The notes: a model not told the origin generated them from the letters alone. Positions 1-7,228 are shown, counted from the stretch's first letter. The stretch is 24,076 bases of DNA from Candidatus Coatesbacteria bacterium (GCA_030631385.1 DAOVLG010000001.1:1-24076); one strand, 5' to 3'. Numbers and translations are program-made.

Positions 1-409
1 CGGCGGTGATGTAGTCAATGGATGTGGTCAGGCTTGGCTCGATCAGCCGGCGTTCGACGTGGACCGTGATGGTCAGTACTTCCTCCGCCTCGGGGCGCTT
101 CATGGTGAAGTTGACGTTGCGCCGCATGTCGGTGAGGAAGGGGATCTCGACGTAGGTGAAGTCCACAAACCCGAGTGCCGAACAGGTAACGTCGTACTGG
201 CCGGGTGGGACGTCACTCCGCGAGAAGTACCCATCCTCGTCGGAGGTTGCATGGATGTCTGTGCCCTTGATCCGGATCGTCGCGAAGGGGATGGGCATCC
301 CGCTTTCATCGCTGACGACGCCGGATATCTGCGCGGTGATACCGGCCAGGACGGGCACGGTTATCGCCAAGCAGATGCAAAGGACCAGGGCCGTCTTTTG
401 AATGTTCAT
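1..409 (-). CDS. 5' part of a TonB-dependent receptor-like / carboxypeptidase-regulatory-like domain protein (runs off the window start; not in the ORF track)
   Basis: Manual translation from ATG at 409 (SD GGAGGG upstream): MNIQKTALVLCICLAITVPVLAGITAQISGVVSDESGMPIPFATIRIKGTDIHATSDEDGYFSRSDVPPGQYDVTCSALGF...; signal peptide, then the G.V.D..G.P.P.A.I....T..D.DG.F....VPPG.Y.V..S.LGF pattern typical of TBDR N-termini; open to position 1. Confidence 0.75.
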   Translation of the reverse strand, partial: MNIQKTALVLCICLAITVPVLAGITAQISGVVSDESGMPIPFATIRIKGTDIHATSDEDGYFSRSDVPPGQYDVTCSALGFVDFTYVEIPFLTDMRRNVNFTMKRPEAEEVLTITVHVERRLIEPSLTTSIDYITA

Positions 410-590
410 CAACAACCCTCCCTCATCAAGTTACAGGTTTCAACGCTCACAATGATCATTAATGTAGTTGAGATGATACCTCCCCAAAGTGGCCGCAAAC
501 GGCAACTGTCAGTCTTTCACGGACGGTGCCGGGAAAACCTCCGTCGTCCCGTTTCTAAAGGTGTTTTTATAGTCTATGCAAGCGTAGTTA

Positions 591-619
591 AAGGTAATAC
601 ACCCGGGGAGCCTTGTCAA
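591..619 (-). promoter_or_regulatory. sigma70-type promoter for the TBDR-like gene
   Basis: Minus strand TTGACA (619-614), 17 nt spacer, TACCTT (596-591); implies a ~175 nt 5' leader. Confidence 0.55.
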
Positions 620-674
620 GCAAAAACCTGGTCTGCGAATACCCTTAAACCGCACGTTTCCAAAGCGTAGGTGC

Positions 675-703
675 TGGACTACGCCTTTTGTATCTGGTAA
701 CAT
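675..703 (+). promoter_or_regulatory. sigma70-type promoter for aspS
   Basis: TGGACT (675-680), 17 nt spacer, TAACAT (698-703) preceded by TGn (extended -10). Confidence 0.5.
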
Positions 704-735
704 CCGCCGGACCCGTCTTTAGTAAAAGAGCGGAT

Positions 736-2520
736 TTGGCGCTGGACTACACCAAGCGCAGCCACACCTGTGGCGGCATCTCGGCGGCCGATGTCGAAGG
801 GGAGGTTATCCTCTGCGGTTGGATCCGCCACGTGCGCGATCTGGGGGGAATCATCTTCCTGCGACTTTGGGACCGCTACGGCGAGAGCCAGGTCGTGGTG
901 GATCCCGAGCACGCCCCCGGGGCCCACCGGATCGCCAGCGGCTGCCACTTGGAGTACGTGGTGGCGCTGCGCGGTGTGGTCCGTTACCGGCCCGAGGATC
1001 AGATCCGACCGGACCAGCCCACCGGCGAAGTCGAGGTGCTGACCGACGAGCTGGAGGTGCTCTCGCCCGCAAAGCCGCTCCCCTTCCCCATCTCCGACGA
1101 GGCGCCAACCAACGAGGAACTCCGGCTAAGGCACCGCTACCTGGACCTACGGCGCGGTCCCATGACCGAGATGCTCCGTTTCCGCCACCGCTTCATGCTC
1201 CAGATGCGCAACTGGCTCTCCAAGGCCGGTTTCCTCGAGATCGAGACGCCGGTCCTGACCAGGTCCACCCCCGAGGGCGCCCGGGACTTCCTCGTGCCGA
1301 GCCGGGTCTACCCCGGTTGCTTCTACGCCCTGCCCCAAAGCCCTCAGATGTACAAGCAGCTCCTCATGGTGTCCGGCGCGGACCGCTACTTCCAGATCGC
1401 GCGCTGCTTTCGCGACGAGGACGCCCGGGCCGACCGTCAGGCTGAGTTTACCCAGCTCGACCTCGAGATGAGCTTCGCCAGCGTGGAGGACGTGCTCGGC
1501 ATCACCGAGGGACTTTTCAGCCATCTGTGGCGGGAGCTTCTCGGAATAGAGATCCCCGCGCCCTGGCCCCGGATGACCTACGGCGAAGCGTTGGATCGCT
1601 TTGGCACCGACAAACCGGATACCCGTTTCGACCTCGAACTGGTCACCCTTTCCGATGTCTTCCGGGAAACCGAGCTATCCTTCATCAAAGGGCCGCTCGA
1701 CGAGGGCGGTGTCGTGCGAGGTCTCAGGGTACCGGGTCAGGCCGGGGCGAGCCGCAAAACCCTGGCCGCTTGGGAAAATATTGCCAAGTCCGCCGGCGTT
1801 GGCGGCCTTGTCTGGATTAAGTGGCCCGACGACGGCTCCTGGAGCTCCAGTATCAAGAAGCATTTGACGGACGAGGCTGTCTCCGAGCTCCGGGGAGTTT
1901 CCAGGGCAGAGCCCGGCGATCTCCTCCTCCTGGCCGCCGGACCGGCCGGGCGGGTCAACACCGCCCTTTCCCGCCTGCGCCTCCATCTGGCCGCGGAGTT
2001 GGAGCTTATCCCCGAGGGAAGCTGGGACTTCCTCTGGGTGGTCGAGTTCCCCCTCTTCGAGACCGACGAGAAGGGGAATCTCACCTCGAGCCACCATCCC
2101 TTCACCATGCCCCACCCGGACGACCTGGACCGGCTCGAGAGCGACCCGCTCTCCGTCCGCTCGGCGAGCTACGACATCGTGATCAACGGCGTCGAGATCG
2201 CCTCGGGCAGCCCCCGAATCCACGATCGGGAGGTCCAGCGCCGGATCTTCCGGACTCTGGGTCTCTCCGACGAAGCCGTAGAGGAGCGTTTCGGTTTTTT
2301 CCTCGAAGGGCTCTCCTACGGCACGCCGCCCCACGCCGGCATCGCACCCGGACTGGACCGCCTGATCGCCTTGATGCTCAACCGGGAGAATATCCGCGAG
2401 GTGATCCCCTTCCCCAAGACCCTGCGAGCCTTCGATCCCCTCACCGGCGCGCCCGCGACCGTTGACGATAACCAACTGGCCGAGCTCGGCATTCAGGTCA
2501 GGAAAATCGGTTCGGATTAA
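736..2520 (+). CDS. aspS: aspartate--tRNA ligase (bacterial type with GAD insertion)
   Basis: RSHTCG N-terminus, OB-fold RDLGG, RLRHRYLDLRR, ETPVLTRSTPEGARDFLVP, YALPQSPQMYKQLLM, YFQIARCFRDED, QAEFTQLDLEMSF, GLDRL, FPKT. Start placed at in-frame TTG 736 because the ORF-track start 688 lies upstream of the predicted -10 box. Confidence 0.98.
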   Translation: MALDYTKRSHTCGGISAADVEGEVILCGWIRHVRDLGGIIFLRLWDRYGESQVVVDPEHAPGAHRIASGCHLEYVVALRGVVRYRPEDQIRPDQPTGEVEVLTDELEVLSPAKPLPFPISDEAPTNEELRLRHRYLDLRRGPMTEMLRFRHRFMLQMRNWLSKAGFLEIETPVLTRSTPEGARDFLVPSRVYPGCFYALPQSPQMYKQLLMVSGADRYFQIARCFRDEDARADRQAEFTQLDLEMSFASVEDVLGITEGLFSHLWRELLGIEIPAPWPRMTYGEALDRFGTDKPDTRFDLELVTLSDVFRETELSFIKGPLDEGGVVRGLRVPGQAGASRKTLAAWENIAKSAGVGGLVWIKWPDDGSWSSSIKKHLTDEAVSELRGVSRAEPGDLLLLAAGPAGRVNTALSRLRLHLAAELELIPEGSWDFLWVVEFPLFETDEKGNLTSSHHPFTMPHPDDLDRLESDPLSVRSASYDIVINGVEIASGSPRIHDREVQRRIFRTLGLSDEAVEERFGFFLEGLSYGTPPHAGIAPGLDRLIALMLNRENIREVIPFPKTLRAFDPLTGAPATVDDNQLAELGIQVRKIGSD

Positions 2521-2666
2521 CATCTTCATTAGCTGTTTAACTCTAGGTGGATTTCCGGGTTCACCCGGCTGGTTCCCCCTTCCTTTCGCCGATGGGCGGA
2601 CCGATCAAGGATCAGGTGCAGCCTCGGCTCTCGAATTATTCGTAAGTTTGGCCGAGGGAAGTCTGG

Positions 2667-2695
2667 TTGACGGATCGCTTTCTCCATGCTAACCT
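2667..2695 (+). promoter_or_regulatory. sigma70-type promoter for the ferredoxin gene
   Basis: TTGACG (2667-2672), 17 nt spacer, TAACCT (2690-2695) with TGn extension. Confidence 0.6.
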
Positions 2696-2729
2696 TGTAT
2701 ATAACCGCTTCGACGCTAGGCGGTGAGCT

Positions 2730-2930
2730 ATGCTCGACATCAACCGCCAGCTCTGCGCGTACTGCGGAGGGTGTGTGGGGGTGTGTCCCACGCTGGCCCT
2801 GTTGCTCGATGAGCTGACGCTGGTGGTGGACCAGGGGCTGTGCAATGGCTGCGGCAACTGCGTCGCCGTCTGTCCCGTGGGCGCTCTGAACCTTAGCAAA
2901 AATGCTGTCGGAGTTGACGTATCGGAGTAA
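2730..2930 (+). CDS. 2[4Fe-4S] dicluster ferredoxin
   Basis: Two CxxCxxCxxxCP motifs (CAYCGGCVGVCP; CNGCGNCVAVCP) in 66 aa; SD-like GGTGAG. Confidence 0.93.
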   Translation: MLDINRQLCAYCGGCVGVCPTLALLLDELTLVVDQGLCNGCGNCVAVCPVGALNLSKNAVGVDVSE

Positions 2931-2934
2931 AATC

Positions 2935-3114
2935 ATGGAAACTGTAAAAGCCTACTATGATGACGATACAATTGTACTTCCAGAGAGCTTCCATCACCGA
3001 AAAGGGCCGGTATTCGTAGTCTTTCCCGATGTCAATGAATCAATGGTCCTTGCCGAAGAGGTGCTTGTAGAAATCTGGGATAACGACGAAGACGCGGCCT
3101 ATGACGACTTATAA
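2935..3114 (+). CDS. small acidic putative type II antitoxin
   Basis: 59 aa from ATG 2935 (SD GGAG); N-terminal V/KAYY..D.IVLP swapped-hairpin-like segment and C-terminal WDNDEDAAYDDL acidic tail typical of antitoxins that precede PemK/MazF toxins. Confidence 0.6.
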   Translation: METVKAYYDDDTIVLPESFHHRKGPVFVVFPDVNESMVLAEEVLVEIWDNDEDAAYDDL

Positions 3115-3117
3115 ACC
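3101..3117 (+). pseudogene. 5' stub of a probable PemK/MazF-like toxin gene (MTTYKP) cut at a MITE end
   Basis: ATGACGACTTATAAACC overlaps the antitoxin 3' end as in TA operons; the frame then runs directly into a terminal inverted repeat at 3118. Confidence 0.4.
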
Positions 3118-3271
3118 AAGACTGTTGCATAAAAGGTGTCTTCGTAGGGGCGACCCTCTGCGGTCGCCCGCGGGCGGGGGCGGAGCCCCGCCCCTACAGG
3201 GAATATTCGTTTATCGCTGACAGCTCTGCTAGCCATCAAATTACGCCAAAATGGCATTTTGCAACAGTCTC
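3118..3271. mobile_element. MITE-like element (154 bp) with terminal inverted repeats
   Basis: Left AAGACTGTTGCATAA (3118-3132); right TTTTGCAACAGTCTC (3257-3271, rc GAGACTGTTGCAAAA); no target duplication visible; contains an inverted REP pair. Confidence 0.6.
3144..3197. repeat. inverted pair of GTAG-type REP-like palindromes
   Basis: GTAG-GGGCGACC-CTCTGC-GGTCGCCC (3144-3169) and, on the minus strand, GTAGGGGCGGGGCTCCGCCCCCGCCC (3197-3172). Confidence 0.75.
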
Positions 3272-3313
3272 GGTATTGATAAGCGATTGTTTCCACCGGC
3301 GTAGCGAGTGGCG

Positions 3314-3388
3314 AATAGGTGCGGCAACTGCGTGAAGCTGTGCCCGGTCGGGGCGCTGAGTCTGGTCGAAACGGCAGAGACCGCTTAG
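3314..3388 (+). pseudogene. C-terminal relic of a second ferredoxin
   Basis: Frame reads NRCGNCVKLCPVGALSLVETAETA* with an in-frame stop upstream (3302-3304); shares a 14-bp exact repeat TGCGGCAACTGCGT with the intact ferredoxin (2850-2863 vs 3320-3333). Confidence 0.75.
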
Positions 3389-3404
3389 TAGGTGCTGAAT
3401 CCCG

Positions 3405-4469
3405 ATGGCCCTCAGTCTAAAGCGCGTCAGACCCCAGTGGCTTTTTAACCTGGCCAAAAACGTCCTCAAGGTCCGGTTCCAGAAGGATTCGGCCCGCGGG
3501 CGCGAGGTCTACCCCGTTTTAGCCAGCTACAACATCACCAACCGTTGCGACATGCGCTGCGTTTACTGCGGTTACCCAAAGATGGACCGGCGTGAGCTCC
3601 CGACGGCGGACAAACTCCGCGTCCTGGAGAAGATCCGCCCCGGCATCCCGGCCCTGGACATCTCCGGCGGAGAGCCGCTGATCCTGAAGGACATTGACGA
3701 GGTCATCGCTTACGCCTACGACCTCGGCTTCGCCCCCCTGGTGTTGAACACCGACCTGATGCAGATGCGGCGGCATGAAATATTATTAGACTATGTAGAC
3801 CAGATGATCGTCTCCCTGGACTCGGTGGAGCCCGCGGTCTGGGACCCCATCGTCGGCGTTAAGGGGGCCTGCGAGCGGGTGATGGGCAACCTGCGCCACT
3901 ACGCCCGGGCCCAGGATGAGAAACAATTCCAGATCAACATCAACGCCGTGATCCTCCCCGATCATCTGGACCAGGTGCTGCCTGTCTTGGACTTCGCCGC
4001 CGAGATCGGCGTCAGCTTCAACGCCGTGCCGAGGGTGGACGGCTTCGAGCCGAACCCGGAGCTGGTGGGCAATCCACAGTACCAGGCGCTCATCGAAGAA
4101 CTCATCCGCCGTAAAGAGGAAGGCTACCCGGTCTTAAACACCACCCTCTACCTGGAGCGGGTGCGCGATTTCCTCCCCTACCGCTGCTACGCCACCGTCA
4201 CCCCCAAGGTCGGACCGCTGGGTCAGGTGTTCTACCCCTGCACCAAGATGCACTGGGTCGCCGGGAACCTCTTAGAGGAGCCGAGCCTCTGGGCCGTCAT
4301 TAAGCGCGCCTACCGCGAGGCGCCCCGGCACCACTGCGGCCGCCTCTGCTACATGAGCTGCTACATGGAGCCCATCCACTACCTGGAGCACCCGATCAGC
4401 TTCCTAGCCGAGGGACACCTGAAGCGCCTCGTCGGTAAACGCAACGAGGGGGTGGCCGAGTCGGCCTAG
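3405..4469 (+). CDS. radical SAM enzyme with C-terminal Cys-containing (SPASM/Twitch-like) region, function unknown
   Basis: ITNRCDMRCVYC (CxxxCxxC), ISGGEPL, VSLDS; C-terminal CYA...FYPC...HCGRLCYMSC. Confidence 0.9.
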   Translation: MALSLKRVRPQWLFNLAKNVLKVRFQKDSARGREVYPVLASYNITNRCDMRCVYCGYPKMDRRELPTADKLRVLEKIRPGIPALDISGGEPLILKDIDEVIAYAYDLGFAPLVLNTDLMQMRRHEILLDYVDQMIVSLDSVEPAVWDPIVGVKGACERVMGNLRHYARAQDEKQFQININAVILPDHLDQVLPVLDFAAEIGVSFNAVPRVDGFEPNPELVGNPQYQALIEELIRRKEEGYPVLNTTLYLERVRDFLPYRCYATVTPKVGPLGQVFYPCTKMHWVAGNLLEEPSLWAVIKRAYREAPRHHCGRLCYMSCYMEPIHYLEHPISFLAEGHLKRLVGKRNEGVAESA

Positions 4470-4492
4470 GATGCGCTATTCATATGTTTAAT

Positions 4493-4516
4493 AAAGAAGC
4501 CCCGACGGGGCTTTTT
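4493..4516 (+). terminator. intrinsic terminator hairpin after the radical SAM gene
   Basis: AAGCCCC-GAC-GGGGCTT followed by a T tract, A-rich on the other side. Confidence 0.6.
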
Positions 4517-4653
4517 CCTATATTCAAGATGGGATAACCTGCTTATTTCGTACAATTCGAGGAGTGCTTCCTGCAGGTAGTTCAGCCTGTTTGGATCGTT
4601 GTGATGGTTGAAGCACAGGGGTGGACCTTGGACGGTTGGCTCGCCACATTTGT

Positions 4654-4994
4654 CCCCTCGCCCCTCTGGGGAAAGGGTTAGGGTGAGGGGTAGGGCGGGG
4701 CTTCTACGCCCCGCCGCCGATTTAATCACGCGGTCGCCCGCAGAGGGGCGACCCTACATTGACGGAGCCAAACGCAGAGCCTCACCCAATACAGAAAAGA
4801 CAAGGGGTTTTAACCCCTTGTTTCAACGCAGAGGCGGTCCTCTGAGCCCGCCCGCAGGAGGGGCTGGAGACCCACCCCTACGACGCATAACATGCGTAGG
4901 GGCCGACCTTTAGTCGGCCCGTTTCATTCGTTCCCTCGTCCCTTTAGGGAGAGGGCCACGGTGAGTTGGGATAAAGAATTATTTTAGAGGTATC
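4654..4994. repeat. mosaic of palindromic repeats (BIME-like) between convergent genes
   Basis: CCCTC..GGGAGAGGG..GGGTGAGGG-type units (4654-4690, 4933-4965); GTAG REPs (4690-4715, 4730-4757 minus, ~4857-4880 minus, 4896-4921); ACAAGGGGTTTTAACCCCTTGT (4800-4821); a lone TIR-like end (4979-4994). Confidence 0.8.
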
Positions 4995-5063
4995 GCATTG
5001 GGCGACTGTGCAGGCGCTGCGGCAAGCTGTACGGACAGCTTAGTAATTCGAAGTCCTTTGGGT

Positions 5064-6275
5064 CTAAAAGCCGGGAAGGGGTACGGGGGTCAGGCAGAGC
5101 CAGAGTAGAACGAGGGCCCCGTAAGCACCGAGCCTGCGGGCCTTGTTCAGAGGCGTGATGTCGTCCAGCGGCGCCGGCCTCTTGCGGGAAACGAAGAAGA
5201 GGACGCCGATCCACACCAGCCAGCCGGGCCAGAAGAAGGAAAAGAAAAGCAGGGCGATTACGATCAGCCCTCCGAGGGGTTTATAGGCCCTGCGAAGACC
5301 GGCGAACACCACGTGCCCGCCGTCGAGCTGTCCCACGGGGATGAGATTGAGAGCGGTTACGAAGAGGCCAAGCCAACCGGCGAAGGCCACCGGGTGCAAA
5401 AGGATCACCTGATCGGAGGTCAGCGGCCCGACGACGATAAGTTGGAGAAATTTAAACAGCGGCGGAAGGTTGACCAGGAGAGGTACGTTCGGCTCGTTGA
5501 AAAACCGGAGAAGGATGAGACCGGGAGAGCCGTAGGTCAACTCGAACTCGGGCCAGTAGAGATGAACGAAATCGCCCGGCTTGAGCGGCACCACCTCGGA
5601 AAGGGATAAACCGATCGTGATGACGATGATTGACGCGACAACACCGGTCAGGGGACCGGAGATACCGATGTCGAAAAGGGCCTTTCGATGGGGAACCGGT
5701 GATCTCATGCGGATCACCGCCCCCGCCGTTCCCAGCAGCGGGTTAGGCATGGGAAGGAGCAGTGGGAGGGTGGCGATTACGCCGTACCGGCGCGCGGTAA
5801 TGTAGTGCCCAAACTCATGCGAGAGGAGGATGAATAAAAGCGAGGCGGCGAAGGGAAGCCCCTCGTACCACAACTCGGGGTGTTCGAGGATATCAACTCC
5901 GGCGTGCATGCCCCCGGCCCAGAGCACCGTCAGGACCGCCGTCACGGCGAAGAGAAGCTGTAGACGTTTGTTGAATCCGCGTCCGATCCTTTTTGTCCCG
6001 ATCCTCACCCGGGCGCAGTCGGCCGACCCGGAAACCCTTGCCGTGTAGCCCAGGGAGCCGCACACCTCGATGATGCCCCGGATCGCCTCCCGCGGTTTTC
6101 CTCTAAGCTCTCCGGTGTAGTGGATAAGCCGGGCGTCATAGTGCTGCTGAAGGATCTCGATGTAGGGCTCCAACTGCTGGGATAATTGCGCGGAGACATG
6201 CCCGAAAGCCTCCAGCTCACGGCGGAGGTTGCGCGCAGGTTCCTTCCCGAAGAGACCTGTTATGAGACCCATCAT
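5064..6275 (-). CDS. site-2 protease, peptidase M50 family, with N-terminal soluble extension
   Basis: LSHEFGH (HExxH) and NLIPVGQLDGGH (NxxPxxxLDG) motifs; multiple hydrophobic segments. Confidence 0.93.
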   Translation of the reverse strand: MMGLITGLFGKEPARNLRRELEAFGHVSAQLSQQLEPYIEILQQHYDARLIHYTGELRGKPREAIRGIIEVCGSLGYTARVSGSADCARVRIGTKRIGRGFNKRLQLLFAVTAVLTVLWAGGMHAGVDILEHPELWYEGLPFAASLLFILLSHEFGHYITARRYGVIATLPLLLPMPNPLLGTAGAVIRMRSPVPHRKALFDIGISGPLTGVVASIIVITIGLSLSEVVPLKPGDFVHLYWPEFELTYGSPGLILLRFFNEPNVPLLVNLPPLFKFLQLIVVGPLTSDQVILLHPVAFAGWLGLFVTALNLIPVGQLDGGHVVFAGLRRAYKPLGGLIVIALLFFSFFWPGWLVWIGVLFFVSRKRPAPLDDITPLNKARRLGAYGALVLLWLCLTPVPLPGF

Positions 6276-6355
6276 TTTAGAGCAGCCAGGGTGTAGAGGT
6301 TCAATTGCGATAGGTTGTAGTGGCCATATTTTTCAGGATGTGCGCCGCCCACCCC

Positions 6356-6769
6356 TCAGCTCGACAACATCTCGAGGTAGGTCTGGAGAAGAAGAGCTGC
6401 GGCGACGGCATCCACGATCCCCCGTTGGGACCGCGCATCGTAACCTGCATCCCGAAGGGAGCCTTCCGCCATCTTGGTCGTGTAGCGCTCGTCAATGAGG
6501 TGAACCGGTAAAACCAGGTGGGACTCCAGGGCCGCGAGGAATCCCTCGACAGCCGCGACGGAGTCTCCCCTCGAGCCGTCTTCTCTTAAGGGCAGACCGA
6601 GAACGACCTCCTCGACGTTCTTCTCGATGGCGAACAGGCAGAGGTGGCGTACATCCGCCAGGAGGTTTCGGCGCTCGTACACGCCGTGGGGCTGGGCGAT
6701 TATCCCCTCCGGATCGCTCAGCGCCAGACCGATCCGCTTTTCCCCGTAATCAATGCCCAGGTAACGCAT
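6356..6769 (-). CDS. ruvX: Holliday junction resolvase-like / pre-16S rRNA nuclease YqgF
   Basis: MRYLGIDYGEKRIGLALSD, VVLGLPL, DERYTT, VDAVAAALLLQTYL; true start ATG 6769 rather than the ORF-track 6898. Confidence 0.95.
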   Translation of the reverse strand: MRYLGIDYGEKRIGLALSDPEGIIAQPHGVYERRNLLADVRHLCLFAIEKNVEEVVLGLPLREDGSRGDSVAAVEGFLAALESHLVLPVHLIDERYTTKMAEGSLRDAGYDARSQRGIVDAVAAALLLQTYLEMLSS

Positions 6770-6776
6770 GGGAGGC

Positions 6777-6782
6777 AGTATA
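6777..6782 (-). promoter_or_regulatory. -10 box directly upstream of ruvX (candidate leaderless transcript)
   Basis: TATACT followed by 7 nt and then the ATG; no SD upstream. Confidence 0.45.
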
Positions 6783-6827
6783 CTAAAAGGGCTTCCGGTA
6801 CGGAAGGGTGGCGGCAGCGTTTTGGAC

Positions 6828-6856
6828 TTGACGGTTGCCGGGAGAATTGGTAAGGT
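6828..6856 (+). promoter_or_regulatory. sigma70-type promoter for the cold-shock gene
   Basis: TTGACG (6828-6833), 17 nt spacer, TAAGGT (6851-6856) with TGn; ~90 nt leader, as is usual for csp genes. Confidence 0.65.
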
Positions 6857-6950
6857 TTTCCTCAGTTGTAGGACGAACCGGGCGAGTTGCGCCCACATTT
6901 AATCACCTGGCCGGTCGGGAGCCGGTGGAACTCGATGAAGGGGATAAACG

Positions 6951-7169
6951 ATGTCTGAGGAAGCCCTCAACGGCACCGTCAAGTGGTTCAACAGGGTCAA
7001 GGGGTACGGTTTCATCCAACGGTCCAATGCCCCCGACCTCTTCGTGCACTTCTCCGATATCCTGGACGAGCCCCAGGAGCTTGCCGAGGGGGATAGGGTG
7101 GAGTTCGAGATCCAGGATGACCCCAAGGGCAACCGGGCGGTGAAGGTGCGCCGGGTAAAGGAGGAGTAA
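6951..7169 (+). CDS. csp: cold-shock domain protein
   Basis: GTVKWFN, RNP1 KGYGFI, RNP2 LFVHFS, GDRVEFEI, KGNRAVKV; 72 aa. Confidence 0.96.
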   Translation: MSEEALNGTVKWFNRVKGYGFIQRSNAPDLFVHFSDILDEPQELAEGDRVEFEIQDDPKGNRAVKVRRVKEE

Positions 7170-7199
7170 GGCGGAATCAATACCGGGTGAGCTTTAAGC

Positions 7200-7228
7200 A
7201 ACGGGGTCACAACGACCCCGTTTGTTTT
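7200..7228 (+). terminator. intrinsic terminator after csp
   Basis: AACGGGGTC-ACAAC-GACCCCGTT followed by TGTTTT. Confidence 0.75.

Noticed and set aside
59-670. 203-aa plus-strand ORF
   Set aside because: Antisense shadow of the TBDR-like gene that runs through promoter sequence; no recognisable motif.
662-690. Hairpin plus T tract upstream of aspS as a T-box terminator
   Set aside because: No T-box GGTGGNACCGCG motif, and the hairpin overlaps the predicted aspS -35 region, upstream of the likely TSS.
770-2529. Multiple overlapping ORFs in alternative frames of aspS; likewise within dxs, rfbB, the znu genes, the S2P gene and the 11-16.7 kb genes
   Set aside because: Typical stop-poor shadow frames of GC-rich coding DNA; Pro/Arg/Gly-rich with no motifs.
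2521-2666. Possible ncRNA after aspS (6S RNA by analogy with Bacillus, SRP RNA, or a ydaO/c-di-AMP-like GGGGGAACC..GGGTGAA on the minus strand)
   Set aside because: Only short local hairpins (e.g. CCTCGGC/GCCGAGG); no long 6S-type rod, no SRP helix-8 consensus, the ydaO 3' half is missing and its orientation is antisense to aspS. An Rfam scan would settle it.
4466-4913. ORFs 4466-4729 (-) and 4608-4913 (+)
   Set aside because: Largely translated REP palindromes and terminator sequence. The lower-GC part (~4518-4620) could be a gene relic, but I cannot support that.
6770-6898. ORF-track N-terminal extensions of ruvX (and similarly of aspS, znuA, znuB, the antitoxin, P2 and P3)
   Set aside because: The extensions cross promoters, neighbouring genes or a MITE; internal starts with SD, overlap or family-typical N-termini fit better.
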